NCBI GenBank assembly: GCA_965219455.1
Contig: OZ244744.1
Span: forward strand, 2,432,001 to 2,496,000
DNA length: 64,000 bases
Reading direction: 5' to 3'
Source: Candidatus Latescibacterota bacterium
GTDB lineage: Bacteria > Latescibacterota > UBA2968 > GCA-2709665
Part shown: positions 41,101 through 50,858 of the stretch, piece after piece
Layout: every line of letters begins with the position of its first letter
How positions within the stretch are numbered: the first letter of the stretch is position 1
Program-made: the position numbers and the translations under genes
The notes under the pieces: generated by a model
The model's input: the letters and a program-made list of their open reading frames with translations, nothing else
Told to the model about the DNA's origin: nothing
Databases searched by the model: none

Positions 41101-41304
41101 GCGGTCCAGGTCCTCCCGATTGTAGATCCCCACCATCCCCCGCCGTTTGCCAACGCCGATTACCTCTTCGTAGAATCCCGCCGCCCGCGCAAAGCGATCG
41201 GGTTCATGATCCGGCAGCGGTTCGCCCAGATGCAAACCCTCGTAAAGCGCGCGCAACGCCGATTCATCCGTTACGACTTCCCCGTTTACCGGCATCCTGA
41301 CCAT
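38116..41304 (-). CDS. Heparinase II/III-family polysaccharide lyase-like protein
   Basis: SG.CILRAG, HGH.DKL, DLGYP, HT.SHCT..IDG.NQ, YRR.V..V, YVVD.FR..GG..HDYSFH; ATG 41304 with AGGAG RBS. Confidence 0.8.
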   Translation of the reverse strand: MVRMPVNGEVVTDESALRALYEGLHLGEPLPDHEPDRFARAAGFYEEVIGVGKRRGMVGIYNREDLDRARRNAERLGWARDMVDEIVKDADFWTGFSDETLYAMVPTQNPMALTVAQYDGCPIHGGNRSTLESDLLHPYQWRCNIGGEWWYQGIEVENPGTGARVRVVDDGPGWVAPEGFMNAGVTYYFTGAYRCYLLYRLFSNPYAPQTGTGHQGRPASQALALAYAFTGERKYAHKAGVLLNRLAEVYGRLQGIKEGYEAYDRSKDPIRGYVGEASGREQFFLNHVAVTYDLIFEAMLEEEDVAGFFRARGGEDFDGDGRVTSEDIIFNIHRNLFAYAYEFLDRTLPIAGGDFLTSSLYSLLKVGACLQNGAMIRQALEAPTGLYNVMSNSFFRDGKFWYDSISYSTGNIREALDAAEWTLGFHDGAHFPSPVDLYHDPRFRLREMMEFARAVDCDGRVPMIGDTGGGRNSVLRTPYSLEDEIGLLRLPEARDLYVRRLLAAAVGDPDAARKGGDLFLLFHCEPWNETAEAGGISPESDVLHDSGFCILRAGDQQASRRHVVLNYGKGNHGHGHMDKLAVNVIAYGYDLSADLGYPPSWVAPKKAGWETHTASHCTAAIDGQNQVFATGSLNLFVPGPWVHMADASGERAYPDLANLYRRAVALVPVDETRAYVVDWFRIAGGAEHDYSFHSWAGENAERFEIDLPEDAVLEAQDEGTLAGPDVPFGEAPGYGFVKDVARARTDGGLTATWRTEEEGAGIRLHMPGEAGSTVITGLAEGMGLQDHSPWDRSVIVRRSGQDGKENRFMGVLEPFSGATCIDKVATLCIGGRAAGLRVEIGKRVHYIVDGTDGFLEGEADSLPFRFDGDWAFVEREGDTIRRAQVVNGKAFRFGEVEMEGPGAWGGRVDAVDVEDRRIVVTSSVPLPVDGSLIGRTVVLSHPGYICNSSYEVAGVEAAGEGRYRISLDKMDFLLSEGRIEAVEGATLLTGTPMLKLEVARDLFDGKTISHTRGQTGPRLKTAEKGKLMLADTGEAAAFSGKPFYVYDVAPGDSWRIADVWHC

Positions 41305-41406
41305 ATCGTCTCTCCTTCCAATTGTCCGGGAAACCACCGGCCCGGACGGGATCCATTCCTTCAGGTACAACTTTCCGCCTGAAGCCACCCGGCGGACAAG
41401 TGCTGC

Positions 41407-41682
41407 ATGGAACTGCGTTCCGGGCGGACACTGGCATCTACTCTCACTTCAACTTTCTTTTTCTCTTCGTCCTTTTTCTTATTCGCAAGAAAAAGGACCA
41501 AAAAGAACCGCGCCGTTCGGCACCTGTCTGCGTACGGACACGCACAGGCAGGCGGGGCCGGTTTTTCCGCGAATCGCCTGACCGGTGAATACAGGCGCCT
41601 GTGCCCTACGTGCGAAAAAGGATACACCAAGCCGCGGTGCCGGACGGATAAACACGGAAAAACCCCCCACACCACAACCGTA
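41407..41682 (-). repeat. MITE-like element, family F1 copy 2
   Basis: Reverse complement aligns with 3870-4145, including the 27-bp hairpin insert. Confidence 0.75.
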
Positions 41683-41769
41683 CGCATTTGGGGCAAAATG
41701 CGCGATTGGGCGAGAAGACCCCTCTCTCCCACCGGCCGGGATAAAGGTAATCATGCGGGGCCGCAAGGC

Positions 41770-41955
41770 GGGCGGTTCGCGAACCGCCCCTACAAAAACC
41801 CGAATCCGTGATATTGATATCGCCGGGCCGTATGGATGACCGGCGTCCGTCGACCGCTGTTCGCCACCGGACGCACGGTATTTGCAGGGGCGAACCATGG
41901 GTCGCCCAAAAATTGGCGCTGACAGCGGCAAATCCCATCGCCAGGCCAGATCGCT
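41770..41955. repeat. Two inverted REP hairpins (REPIN-like); the second is part of the CGAT-N42-GGGC element
   Basis: GGGCGGTTCGCGAACCGCCCCTAC near 41770 and TGCAGGGGCGAACCATGGGTCGCCC near 41883. Confidence 0.65.
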
Positions 41956-42106
41956 ATCTCCAGGACAGAACCCAAGAAAAGGCTTCAAATTCGAGACAAT
42001 TCCGGTTATTTTCTACGACCGTCGGGCCGGCGTCCCGAGGATCTCCAAAACCACCCACTCGAATTCACCCTTTTCCTACTGAACTTATCAGGAGCCTTGG
42101 CAAACC

Positions 42107-43183
42107 ATGCGCAAAACCCTGAAACTCGCGGTTGTCGGCGTGGGCCGCATCGGCGTCTTCCACGCCAGGCACGTCCAGGAACTGGGTGCAGAGGAAGGAA
42201 GGTGCGAACTGGCCGCCGTCGTGGATCGCCACGGCAGCACCGCGAAGGACGTTGCCCGGGCGCTTCAGAAAAATCAGGCGTCCGAAATCCGTGCCTTCAA
42301 GAGCACGTCCGACCTGGCGGACGCCCGTCTGGTCGACGCGGCCGTGGTGGCCTCCAGGACCGGAGACCACGAAGCCGATGCCCGGACGCTGATTGACGTC
42401 GGCTATCGCGTCATGCTGGAGAAACCCCTCACCCATTCGGTCGAGAGCGCTGCCCACTTCGTCAGATACCTGTCGCAAGATAATACGAAAAAGCACGCCC
42501 TCATGCAGGCCTTTATGAGACGCTTCGACGGCCCCCTGATCCATGCCAAAACGCTGCTGGACCGGAATACCATCGGCGCCCCGTTCAAAGTCGTGTCCGT
42601 CCTGGAGGACCCGCACCCTCCCCCGGTGGGCTACAGCAGCCCCGGCATCCTGCCGGACATGGCCGTGCACAACATCGATGAAGCGATCTGGCTTCTGGGC
42701 GCGAGGCCGGAACGGGCCAGCGCCATGGGCGCGAACCTGCACAATTTCAGAATAACGACCGTAGAAGAAGACTTCGACGACGCGTTCCTTCAGATGGCGT
42801 TTTCCGATAACGTGATCGCACAGGTGCAGGTGAGCAGAAACCACGTGGCCGGGTATCGCAACGAAACGTGGATCTACGGCCGGGACGGCCACGTCCACGT
42901 GGGCCACTTTCACGAAGATCCGCTGCGGGTGACAGTGGAAGCGTACAGGCGGGAGGGCGCCATTGGAAAGCAGGTCTTCCAAATGAGGGATTACGGCGGG
43001 GAAGTCCCCGTATTCATCGAACGCTTCGGTCCGGCCTATAAGCGGGAACTGGCGTATTTTGTCGACCGGTGCCTGAAAAACGAACCCTTCAGCGTCACCC
43101 AGGAGGACGGTCTCAATGCGATGCGTGTGGCCGAGGCAGGGGTCCGTTCACTACACGCAACCTCGCGGGCGGTAACCGTATGA
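42107..43183 (+). CDS. Gfo/Idh/MocA oxidoreductase (inositol 2-dehydrogenase-like)
   Basis: VVGVGRIG..H, MLEKPL, FMRRFD, DMAVHNID. Confidence 0.9.
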   Translation: MRKTLKLAVVGVGRIGVFHARHVQELGAEEGRCELAAVVDRHGSTAKDVARALQKNQASEIRAFKSTSDLADARLVDAAVVASRTGDHEADARTLIDVGYRVMLEKPLTHSVESAAHFVRYLSQDNTKKHALMQAFMRRFDGPLIHAKTLLDRNTIGAPFKVVSVLEDPHPPPVGYSSPGILPDMAVHNIDEAIWLLGARPERASAMGANLHNFRITTVEEDFDDAFLQMAFSDNVIAQVQVSRNHVAGYRNETWIYGRDGHVHVGHFHEDPLRVTVEAYRREGAIGKQVFQMRDYGGEVPVFIERFGPAYKRELAYFVDRCLKNEPFSVTQEDGLNAMRVAEAGVRSLHATSRAVTV

Positions 43184-43273
43184 ACGCACGGCAGAGACGC
43201 CGATACCCTGAGCCGAAGCCTTTGCGGGGCCGTACAGGTCCCGCATTAAACCCCACCAGCGCCACACCACCCC

Positions 43274-44332
43274 TCACGACGTGGGGAAATCGACCCGGCA
43301 ATTCCCGCCGTGGTGCGACTTCAGGATCCCCATCATAATCTCCACCGTCTTGCGCGCCTCGCGTGCAGGCGAGACCAGGTCGCCGCCCTCCTCCAGAATC
43401 CGGATCAGTTCCGCCACGGCCGCGGTTTGATTTTCCATCGCGTATTTCCCGGATAGAATGGGCGACGTCGTCGACTCGAAATGCGACCTGCCCCGGATCA
43501 GGGATGCGCCCTGGTCGGAAATCTCGATGCGCCCATCCTCGCACGTCAGGGCGAATCTTGATCCGGGGAAATTCACTTTATACGCATTGTAAAATGCTCG
43601 AACGCCGTTGTCGAAGCGGATGTATGCCGATGCGTGCGGATCCACGGCCGGATCCTTTCCTCCGTCCCCCTTGTATTCGGTGAAATGCTCGAACCCTTCC
43701 TCCAGTTCGGCCACCAGCCACTGCGGACTGGCCTCGGCATAGAAACAGACCATGTCCAGCAGGTGGGTGCCGTTCCTGAAGAGCATTGCCCGGCGGCTGA
43801 ACTGCTCGCACACAATCGTGCGCAGGGGCCCGATCTCTCCGCTTCGGATGATCTCACGCGCCCTCAGATAACTCGCATTCCAGCGCCTCGTGTGCTCGAT
43901 GGAAAGCAGCGCGCCGTTGGTTTCGGCAGCGGCGATCATCCGGTCTGCGTCTTCCAGCGAGGTGGCGATCGGCTTCTCGCACAAAATGGCGCGCACCCCG
44001 GCTTCGGCGGCGGCAACGGTCATATCGGCGTGAACATGATCGGAAGTCGCCACGCTCACCAGGTCGGGCTTCTCCGCCCGTAGCATCTCCCGGTAATCGG
44101 TATACGGCCGCACTTTGGGCCACACGTCTCCCCATTGCGTCCTGAAATCAGCCAGCGCCTCCTCCCGAAGGTCGCACACACCCACCACTTCGGTTCGCGG
44201 ATGCCGATCGTACGCCCCGGCGTGAGAGCCTGGCATGGGGCCGTACACCGGAAGGCGTTCATCTTCCTCGGGCCGCCTGGCTCCAATGCCGGACAGTCCG
44301 ATAATAACCGCGCGGTATTCTGGTTTTGACAT
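43274..44332 (-). CDS. Gfo/Idh/MocA oxidoreductase
   Basis: IIGLSGIG, PDLVSVAT...H, ILCEKPIA, NGTHLLD; ATG 44332 after AGGAGG. Confidence 0.9.
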   Translation of the reverse strand: MSKPEYRAVIIGLSGIGARRPEEDERLPVYGPMPGSHAGAYDRHPRTEVVGVCDLREEALADFRTQWGDVWPKVRPYTDYREMLRAEKPDLVSVATSDHVHADMTVAAAEAGVRAILCEKPIATSLEDADRMIAAAETNGALLSIEHTRRWNASYLRAREIIRSGEIGPLRTIVCEQFSRRAMLFRNGTHLLDMVCFYAEASPQWLVAELEEGFEHFTEYKGDGGKDPAVDPHASAYIRFDNGVRAFYNAYKVNFPGSRFALTCEDGRIEISDQGASLIRGRSHFESTTSPILSGKYAMENQTAAVAELIRILEEGGDLVSPAREARKTVEIMMGILKSHHGGNCRVDFPTS

Positions 44333-44556
44333 GGTCGGGCCCTCCTTACCCCTTCCCTCCCGGGGAATGGAAAAATGGTTTAGCCGCAAACAGGATCTCA
44401 ATATTCTATTTTTCTATCCACCACATCGTACCGGGCGGCCGACACCAGGGCGACCCCAAGGGTCGCCCCTGCAAATGGTAACGCTTCGGCACGCCGTTTC
44501 TACAAGATCTACACAAACACGACAGGCAATGACCACGTTTCGGGGCTGGCGACCCC

Positions 44557-45723
44557 TCAATCAACCGTAGTTTTCTCCAGTTTCTCCAGCGCTTCGCGCG
44601 CGCCCTTGTGCTTTTTGTCCAATTTCAGAACGGTTCCGAATGCGCTGCGCGCGAGGTCCCTTTCCCCCCGGCGTGCATGGATACGGCCGAGTCTGTAATG
44701 GCCCCATACCCTTGGCCAGCGCCATTTCTCCGGCAACTGGCGGAGGAGGGCCGTCAGCGATTCCAGGCCCAGATCCATCTTCATCCCGGTGAGGGCGGAG
44801 AACCTGCCGATTCCATAAAGGGCATCGAGCCGGTTCCGTTGGGCATCCAGCGCGTTCTCGAAGGATCGAACGGTCGGACTTGAATCGGCAGCCAGCGCTG
44901 CAATAGAATCCCTCGCGACTTCCAGGCTCCTCCGGGCGGCCTCGAACGCCTTTTCATTGTCCTTCTCCAGGCGATACAGGTTGCTCAATCGGTACAGGAT
45001 CGGGCCATGGTCGGAGTAGGACTGCAGATGCGTCTCGTAGACCCGGATCGCGTCAAGTCGCCGTTCGGCGCGTACGTAGAGCGCCGCCAGGGAAATAACC
45101 GGGCGGACGTCGCCATTCCCGGACTCGATGGCCGCGAGATAGGCGCTTTCCCTTTTGGCCTGCGCCTTTTCCTTTACATGGATAAGGGCCCACGCCAGGT
45201 GGCCTTCCGTCAAATCCCTGGACTTGATCTCGCCGGCCTGTTCAAGCGCTTTCTCCCTGCTGCCTCCCACAATCCCCGGCGCGCGAAGGTGATACTCCAC
45301 CAGCGCGGTCCGCGCGGCCAGGTGATCAGGATCCAACCGGACCGCTTTCTCAAACGCCTTGAGCGCGCCCCGGGCGTGTCCGGGTTTCCTGAAAATATTA
45401 GCTTCCTGCGCCTTCGCGCCATACATCTGTCCCAGCCGGTATTGGTAATCCGCCGATGCGGAATCGGCCTCAACGGCCTTCTCCAACCAATCGAATGCCG
45501 CCCCGGCGTCACCCTCCCAGGCATTGACGCGGCCCAGCAGATAACAAATTTGCCCCCGGTCGGCCCCGGGCTGCCCGAGCCGTGTCCTCAGACCGTCATC
45601 GGCGTCGTCATATCGACCGTCAATGAATGCCGCCAGCGCCTGATTGATCCCTGGCGTCGCCGCCGCGGCGGTCGTTGTTGCGAACAGCATGATGATGCCA
45701 ACCACGAACCCCTGTCTGATCAT
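44557..45723 (-). CDS. Exported TPR protein
   Basis: Signal peptide-like N-terminus (..FATTTAAAA); TPR-like helices; APGIVGG.REKA motif. Confidence 0.75.
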   Translation of the reverse strand: MIRQGFVVGIIMLFATTTAAAATPGINQALAAFIDGRYDDADDGLRTRLGQPGADRGQICYLLGRVNAWEGDAGAAFDWLEKAVEADSASADYQYRLGQMYGAKAQEANIFRKPGHARGALKAFEKAVRLDPDHLAARTALVEYHLRAPGIVGGSREKALEQAGEIKSRDLTEGHLAWALIHVKEKAQAKRESAYLAAIESGNGDVRPVISLAALYVRAERRLDAIRVYETHLQSYSDHGPILYRLSNLYRLEKDNEKAFEAARRSLEVARDSIAALAADSSPTVRSFENALDAQRNRLDALYGIGRFSALTGMKMDLGLESLTALLRQLPEKWRWPRVWGHYRLGRIHARRGERDLARSAFGTVLKLDKKHKGAREALEKLEKTTVD

Positions 45724-45781
45724 TCCTGCTTCCCTTATTTACATGGATAAAGGAACATTTCCTTACGCTCTGTTCCGTGTG

Positions 45782-47479
45782 TTACGCCTGTTGCCACAAC
45801 CCATGAAAATCGGCATATAACGCGTGTCGGTGCAACAGTTCTTCATGGCTGCCGACGTCGATACCGGCGCCGTCCATCACCAGCACCCTCCGCGCGCGCC
45901 GGGTGGCCGCCATGCGGTGTGCGACCACGATCAGCGTGCAGCCGAGCGCCATGAATGCCCGCTCGGCGCGTTCCTCGGCGACCGGATCCAGGTGACACGT
46001 GGCCTCGTCCAGTACGACAATGGGCGCCGCCGCCAGGTGCGCCCGTGCCAGGGTCACCAGTTGCCGCTCCCCTTCAGACAGGCCGGACTTTGCAAGGTTG
46101 ACCTCCGCGTCCAGGCCGCCGAGCCTGTGAATCACCCGTTCGAGCCCGACTGCCTCCGCGGACACCGCAATCTCTTCCTCGGCCGCGGAGGGCCGCAGGT
46201 AGGAAAGGTTCTCGCGTAGCGAACCCGCGAAGACATACGATTCCTGGGGGACCATCGTTACGAGCCGGGGGCGGTCCGGTCGCAGAAAGAAGGGCCTCCC
46301 GTCGACCGTGATCGCGCCGCTGTCCGGGCACAGTACCCCCGCCAGCAAGGCGCCCAGCGTAGACTTTCCGATCCCGCTCGGCCCCGCGATGGCCAGGTGA
46401 TCGCCGTTTGGGACGTCCAGGGAGAATCCGTGGACGATCGGCTCACCCGCGCCGTATGCAAACGTCAGATCCCGCACCGCCAATAACGGTTGTCCCGCCG
46501 GAGACGGCGCCCGCGCCTCGAGGCTTATCACCCGGCCCCCACCATCCCCTATTGACGCCAGCAGGCGCGCGTGGTGTACGCGCAATGTGACCACCCTGTA
46601 CAGCCCGTACGTCACGAACGCCGTCGCCGCCGTCAGGCCCGCAAGCAGGTAGGTGAATGACCCCACCACCTCACCCACGCTCAGAAGATCGCTGCGAACC
46701 AGGTACGGTACAAAGCCGAGAGCCGTCAGAGCGGGGAACGTGGTGGCGGTTGCGTTCACGACCCCGAATCCGACCGCCTGATGGTCGCCCTGGCGGAGCG
46801 ACGCCCGGATGGACCGCTGAATCCGATCTAAAACGCGTCCCATGGCGAAGCCCTTGGCGCCTGCCGCCACCAGATCCCGCACCGATTGGAGCGCGCGGGT
46901 CATCTCGCCATGGGACGCCTCCTCTGCGAGCATGGACGCGGTCTCGTCGCGGACCTTGAGGCGGACGACGACGACCTGCAGGAAAACGGCGAGAACGAGC
47001 CAGGGGAGTACGAGGACCAGCAGCGTCCAGGACAACGTCGCCAGTCCGACCGCGGAGCCGATGGCGAACAGGCCGGACGGGCCAAGGCGAAAGAGGTGCG
47101 CCAGCACATCGACGAGCGTGGGCACGTGGTGGGTGAGTTCGGCGCCGGAACGCAGGACCCGGTCGGTACGTACCGCATCCCCCAATGCGTGGCGAACGAC
47201 GTCACGGGTCAGGTCGGCCTGCACCCTCGCCGTCAGCATTGCTGTCCCTTGCGACAGGCGCAGCAGCGACCAGACGCCTACGGCGCCCGCGACCAGAAGC
47301 GCGCCGATCCATGCCAGGGCCGCCGTGAGGTCGCCTTCGCGCGCCGCGTCTATGGCGCTGGCGATGAGACGCCCGGAGAGCGCGGGCGCGAGCGTCACAC
47401 CGAGGCTCCACCCGGCGATGCGTAGCAGGCACCCGCGGTGCCGCCTCACGTAAGTAAAGAGGGACTGGATGGGCATCAT
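45782..47479 (-). CDS. ABC exporter half (TMD+NBD), RamAB/AmfAB-like
   Basis: GPSGIGKST, LSEGERQ, VLDEATCHLDP.AE.RAERAF; ATGA overlap with its partner. Confidence 0.85.
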   Translation of the reverse strand: MMPIQSLFTYVRRHRGCLLRIAGWSLGVTLAPALSGRLIASAIDAAREGDLTAALAWIGALLVAGAVGVWSLLRLSQGTAMLTARVQADLTRDVVRHALGDAVRTDRVLRSGAELTHHVPTLVDVLAHLFRLGPSGLFAIGSAVGLATLSWTLLVLVLPWLVLAVFLQVVVVRLKVRDETASMLAEEASHGEMTRALQSVRDLVAAGAKGFAMGRVLDRIQRSIRASLRQGDHQAVGFGVVNATATTFPALTALGFVPYLVRSDLLSVGEVVGSFTYLLAGLTAATAFVTYGLYRVVTLRVHHARLLASIGDGGGRVISLEARAPSPAGQPLLAVRDLTFAYGAGEPIVHGFSLDVPNGDHLAIAGPSGIGKSTLGALLAGVLCPDSGAITVDGRPFFLRPDRPRLVTMVPQESYVFAGSLRENLSYLRPSAAEEEIAVSAEAVGLERVIHRLGGLDAEVNLAKSGLSEGERQLVTLARAHLAAAPIVVLDEATCHLDPVAEERAERAFMALGCTLIVVAHRMAATRRARRVLVMDGAGIDVGSHEELLHRHALYADFHGLWQQA

Positions 47480-49287
47480 GAGGCTGACTCCTGAGCGGGG
47501 TCGCCCAGGAACGCGGCGCGGTAATCGGGGTCTCGCCATAGCTCGACATGCGGCGCCAGGCGCCGGACCTCACCCTTGAAAAGCCATGCCACGAGATCGG
47601 CTGCCGCGGCGGTACTCGCCCGGTGGGCGATAATCACTGTCGTCCGGGACCTCCCGAGTTCCCGCAGCGCCGCCATTACGCGCGCCTCGGTCGCCACGTC
47701 GAGGCTGCTGAGCGCATCGTCCAGAATCAGCACAGGCGTAGCCATGAGCGCTGCCCGCGCAAGTCCGAGCCGCTGGCGTTCGCCGCCGGACATCGGCGCT
47801 TCGTCGAGTGGCGTGGCGTATCCGAGCGGGAGGCGGCGGATGAACACGTCCGCCTCGACCCGCTCCGCGGCCGCCTGCACGGCTTCGTCGGTGGCGTCAG
47901 CGCCCAGCGCGATGACGTCACGAACGGTGTCGCCGATAAGCGCAGGCCGCTCGAATGCGTAGCCGACCCGGCGCGAGAGCACGCCGCGGGGCAGGTCCGT
48001 AACGGCCGTGCCGTCGATGCGCACGACACCCCGGTCCGGATCCTGGAGCCGGCCGATCAGCCCGGCGAGCGTGGTTTTACCGACGCCGGACTTGCCGACC
48101 AGTGCAACCGTCTTTCCAGCGGGAATGCGAAGATCCACGCGCCGGAGGATTTCCCTTTTGGAATCGCCCACGGATACGCCGTCGAACCGGACCTCGCCGG
48201 GCCCCTCCGCCTGGTCGGATGCGTCCGATCCGGGTTCCGGCACGGCGGCCGGAGATCGAAGAACGGCGATTACCCGGGCTGCGTGGGCGCGAAAGTAGGC
48301 GATCTGGAACCAGCCGTTGTCGAATACCCCGGCGACGCTTGCGTAAGTCATCTGCGCGTAGCGGATGGCAGCCATCAGCGCGCCAACAGTCAGACCGCCC
48401 GCGGCCAGCAGACACACGCCGGTGACAGCGGTCACTGTCAATACAACGTGATTGGCGCTGGTCACCGTTACGGCGCCGCGGCCGGCGTTTTCCATGATCT
48501 GGCGCGTTTTGTCGACCAGTTTCGGCAGCGGTTCCGTTATGCGCTCGACTTCCCGTTCGAGGGTGCCGGACGCGCGTATGGTGCGCCTTCCGGCAAGGGC
48601 GCCCGTGTACGCGTTCACCATGCGGCTGCTCAATTCGTCGTATCCGGTCTGTCCGGTGGTAAGCGCGCCCATCAGTCGACGCATGAGAACGGTGACGGAC
48701 CCGACACCCGCAAGCGCCACCACCACAAACACCCAGTGCACGTAATACAACGCGACGAGGCTGCCCGCCGCCGTCAAGATTCCCGTGCCGATCCTCAGCA
48801 GGGTCTCCGGGTAACGCGGCAGGTGCGTTGCCTCGGAGCGAATCCGGTTCTGCAGGTCTCCGTCGTCGAATGGCCGCCGGCCGGGCAGGCCGAGGTCCAG
48901 CGCATGATCGACGATTCCGCGCATCAGCCGGCCGTCGATGGCGGCGCGGAACCGGGCCCTTACGGGCTCCGCGGCCATGTCGATCAACACCGCCAGGACC
49001 ATCGCCACGGCCAGTCCCCGGAACCCCCAGCCAATTCGCCCGTCGACAGCCTCGTCAATGGCAAGGCCGGCCAGCGCCGGCGCGGCCAGACCCGCACCGA
49101 TCGACAGCATGCTGAGCAGGGCGTCCAGGGCGAACCAGTGCCATGCCCCGCGGGCGTAGGGCCGCAGGAACGCCATCACTTCCCGGATTCCGGGTAACGG
49201 CGGATCGGCGGTATTGCGATCTTCCGGATGTGACTCCCGGCCCGTAGCAGGATTCTCCTCAGCCACAACAGTACCACCTTCTCTCAA
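47476..49287 (-). CDS. ABC exporter half (TMD+NBD), RamAB/AmfAB-like
   Basis: GKSGVGKTT, AFERP (no Q-loop Gln), MSGGERQRLGLARA, ILDDALSSLD (degenerate site), LWRDPDYRA.F tail. Confidence 0.85.
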   Translation of the reverse strand: MREGGTVVAEENPATGRESHPEDRNTADPPLPGIREVMAFLRPYARGAWHWFALDALLSMLSIGAGLAAPALAGLAIDEAVDGRIGWGFRGLAVAMVLAVLIDMAAEPVRARFRAAIDGRLMRGIVDHALDLGLPGRRPFDDGDLQNRIRSEATHLPRYPETLLRIGTGILTAAGSLVALYYVHWVFVVVALAGVGSVTVLMRRLMGALTTGQTGYDELSSRMVNAYTGALAGRRTIRASGTLEREVERITEPLPKLVDKTRQIMENAGRGAVTVTSANHVVLTVTAVTGVCLLAAGGLTVGALMAAIRYAQMTYASVAGVFDNGWFQIAYFRAHAARVIAVLRSPAAVPEPGSDASDQAEGPGEVRFDGVSVGDSKREILRRVDLRIPAGKTVALVGKSGVGKTTLAGLIGRLQDPDRGVVRIDGTAVTDLPRGVLSRRVGYAFERPALIGDTVRDVIALGADATDEAVQAAAERVEADVFIRRLPLGYATPLDEAPMSGGERQRLGLARAALMATPVLILDDALSSLDVATEARVMAALRELGRSRTTVIIAHRASTAAAADLVAWLFKGEVRRLAPHVELWRDPDYRAAFLGDPAQESAS

Positions 49288-49324
49288 GAAGCAAAATCAC
49301 CGGCATATTGCGGGACAGCGCCGC

Positions 49325-49585
49325 TCGGCGGGGGGCCGGACCTACCCCCTAACCCCCTTCCTGAAGGAAGGGGGAACGGTGATGGGTCGATGTACCGGGC
49401 TTGCGAACGCGCCGGGATGGCGTTTTCCTACGAATCAGAGCGTATACAAAACACCGGTAAGGCAACGCTCAGCTTACCTCCCCCTTTCCTTTAGGAGAGG
49501 GGGCCGGGGGGAGAGGTATTTCGTTTTTAGCTTACGGCTGAAAGCTGATAGCTCTGTCCGAGGAGGCCGGGGGGAGAGGTCGCTG
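49325..49585. repeat. Composite repeat: CCCCTTCC/GGAAGGGG hairpins and inverted heptamer tandem
   Basis: Reverse complement of modules seen at 32441-32615. Confidence 0.65.
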
Positions 49586-49589
49586 TCCC

Positions 49590-50753
49590 TCAATACAGAT
49601 GAATAGACCCATCGGGTCCGACGTAGCGGCGCGGGGGCAGGGCCCGAAACGGCCGGGACCTCACCATCTCCATATCCAGTTCAACCCCCAGCCCGGGCCG
49701 CCGGCCCAGTTCTTCGACGTCCACGTAACCGCCCGAAATCGGCACCCGCAGCGCCTGCACGTCGTCGAACCACGGCCGCAGCCTGCAGTGCTCCAGGATC
49801 TCGAAATTCTGCATCGCGGCCGCCGCGTGAGCGGCAGCAGCCAGCGCCACGGGCCCGTACGGGTTGTGCGGCGCGATCCCGATCCCGTACACCTCCGCAA
49901 AATGAGCGATTTTCATCAGTTCGCTGATCCCGCCCGCGTGGCAGATATCCACCTGGCACACGTCCACCGCCTGTTTTTCGAACCACTCCCTGCAATCCCA
50001 TCGTGTGATCCACCGCTCACCCGCGGCAACCCGAACCCCCGGAAAGTCCCCCTTCAATCTCACGTACGGCGCCACCATGCTCTGCTCGATCGGCTCTTCC
50101 ACGAAGAACAGGTCCAGCGGCTGCAGTTCCCGCACGAGCCGATGCGCCGCCGGAGGCGAGAACACGCCGCCGCAGTCGATCATCAGCGCGACGTCCGGCC
50201 CCAGCGCCTCGCGCAACCGGGTCATCTCTTCAACCGCGACGTCCACCTGGGCGTCCACGTCGAACGGCCTGACCGCCGGGCCGTGTCCGTGCTTGAACGC
50301 ATCGAACCCCTCCTCCAGGGCCTGCGATGCGTGCGCCGCCAGCGAATCCAGCCCCAGGTCCGCACGTGCGTAACACCGCACCTTGCTGCGAACCTTACCG
50401 CCCAGCAGCTTGAACACGGGCTGTCCCGATGCCTTTCCCACGATGTCCCACAGCGCCATGTCGATCCCGCTGACCGCGCTGGTATGTACCACGCCCCGCT
50501 TCCACCAGAAGTCCCGGTACCCCAGTTGCCAGACCTGCTCCACGTCTCTTGGATCCATTCCCAGCAGTCTGGGTTTCAGCGCCGTTTCCACCTGCGCCGC
50601 AACCGCCATTTCGTGGTGCTCCGTGGTGGCCTCGCCGATCCCCGTGACGCCGGCGTCCGTTTCCACCTCCACGAATATCCAGTTCCGCCTGGGTGTCTCC
50701 CCGTCCGCCGCGGGGACGTTCATCACGTACGCCCTGATTTCCGTGATCTTCAT
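49590..50753 (-). CDS. Mandelate racemase/enolase-superfamily sugar-acid dehydratase (DgoD-like)
   Basis: MKIT.I, V.VETDAG.TGIGEA, SGIDMALWDI.GK, LGG..R, FVEEP, AAGER, APHNP.GP. Confidence 0.88.
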   Translation of the reverse strand: MKITEIRAYVMNVPAADGETPRRNWIFVEVETDAGVTGIGEATTEHHEMAVAAQVETALKPRLLGMDPRDVEQVWQLGYRDFWWKRGVVHTSAVSGIDMALWDIVGKASGQPVFKLLGGKVRSKVRCYARADLGLDSLAAHASQALEEGFDAFKHGHGPAVRPFDVDAQVDVAVEEMTRLREALGPDVALMIDCGGVFSPPAAHRLVRELQPLDLFFVEEPIEQSMVAPYVRLKGDFPGVRVAAGERWITRWDCREWFEKQAVDVCQVDICHAGGISELMKIAHFAEVYGIGIAPHNPYGPVALAAAAHAAAAMQNFEILEHCRLRPWFDDVQALRVPISGGYVDVEELGRRPGLGVELDMEMVRSRPFRALPPRRYVGPDGSIHLY

Positions 50754-50858
50754 CCCTCAGTCCTCTTTCTCCATGAACGCCCCGTCCCGTTGGATACGGT
50801 CGGATTCGCCCGCCTGGTCCGACCCCTTTTCGCTCGCGCTCGGGAAGGCACCAGGAAT

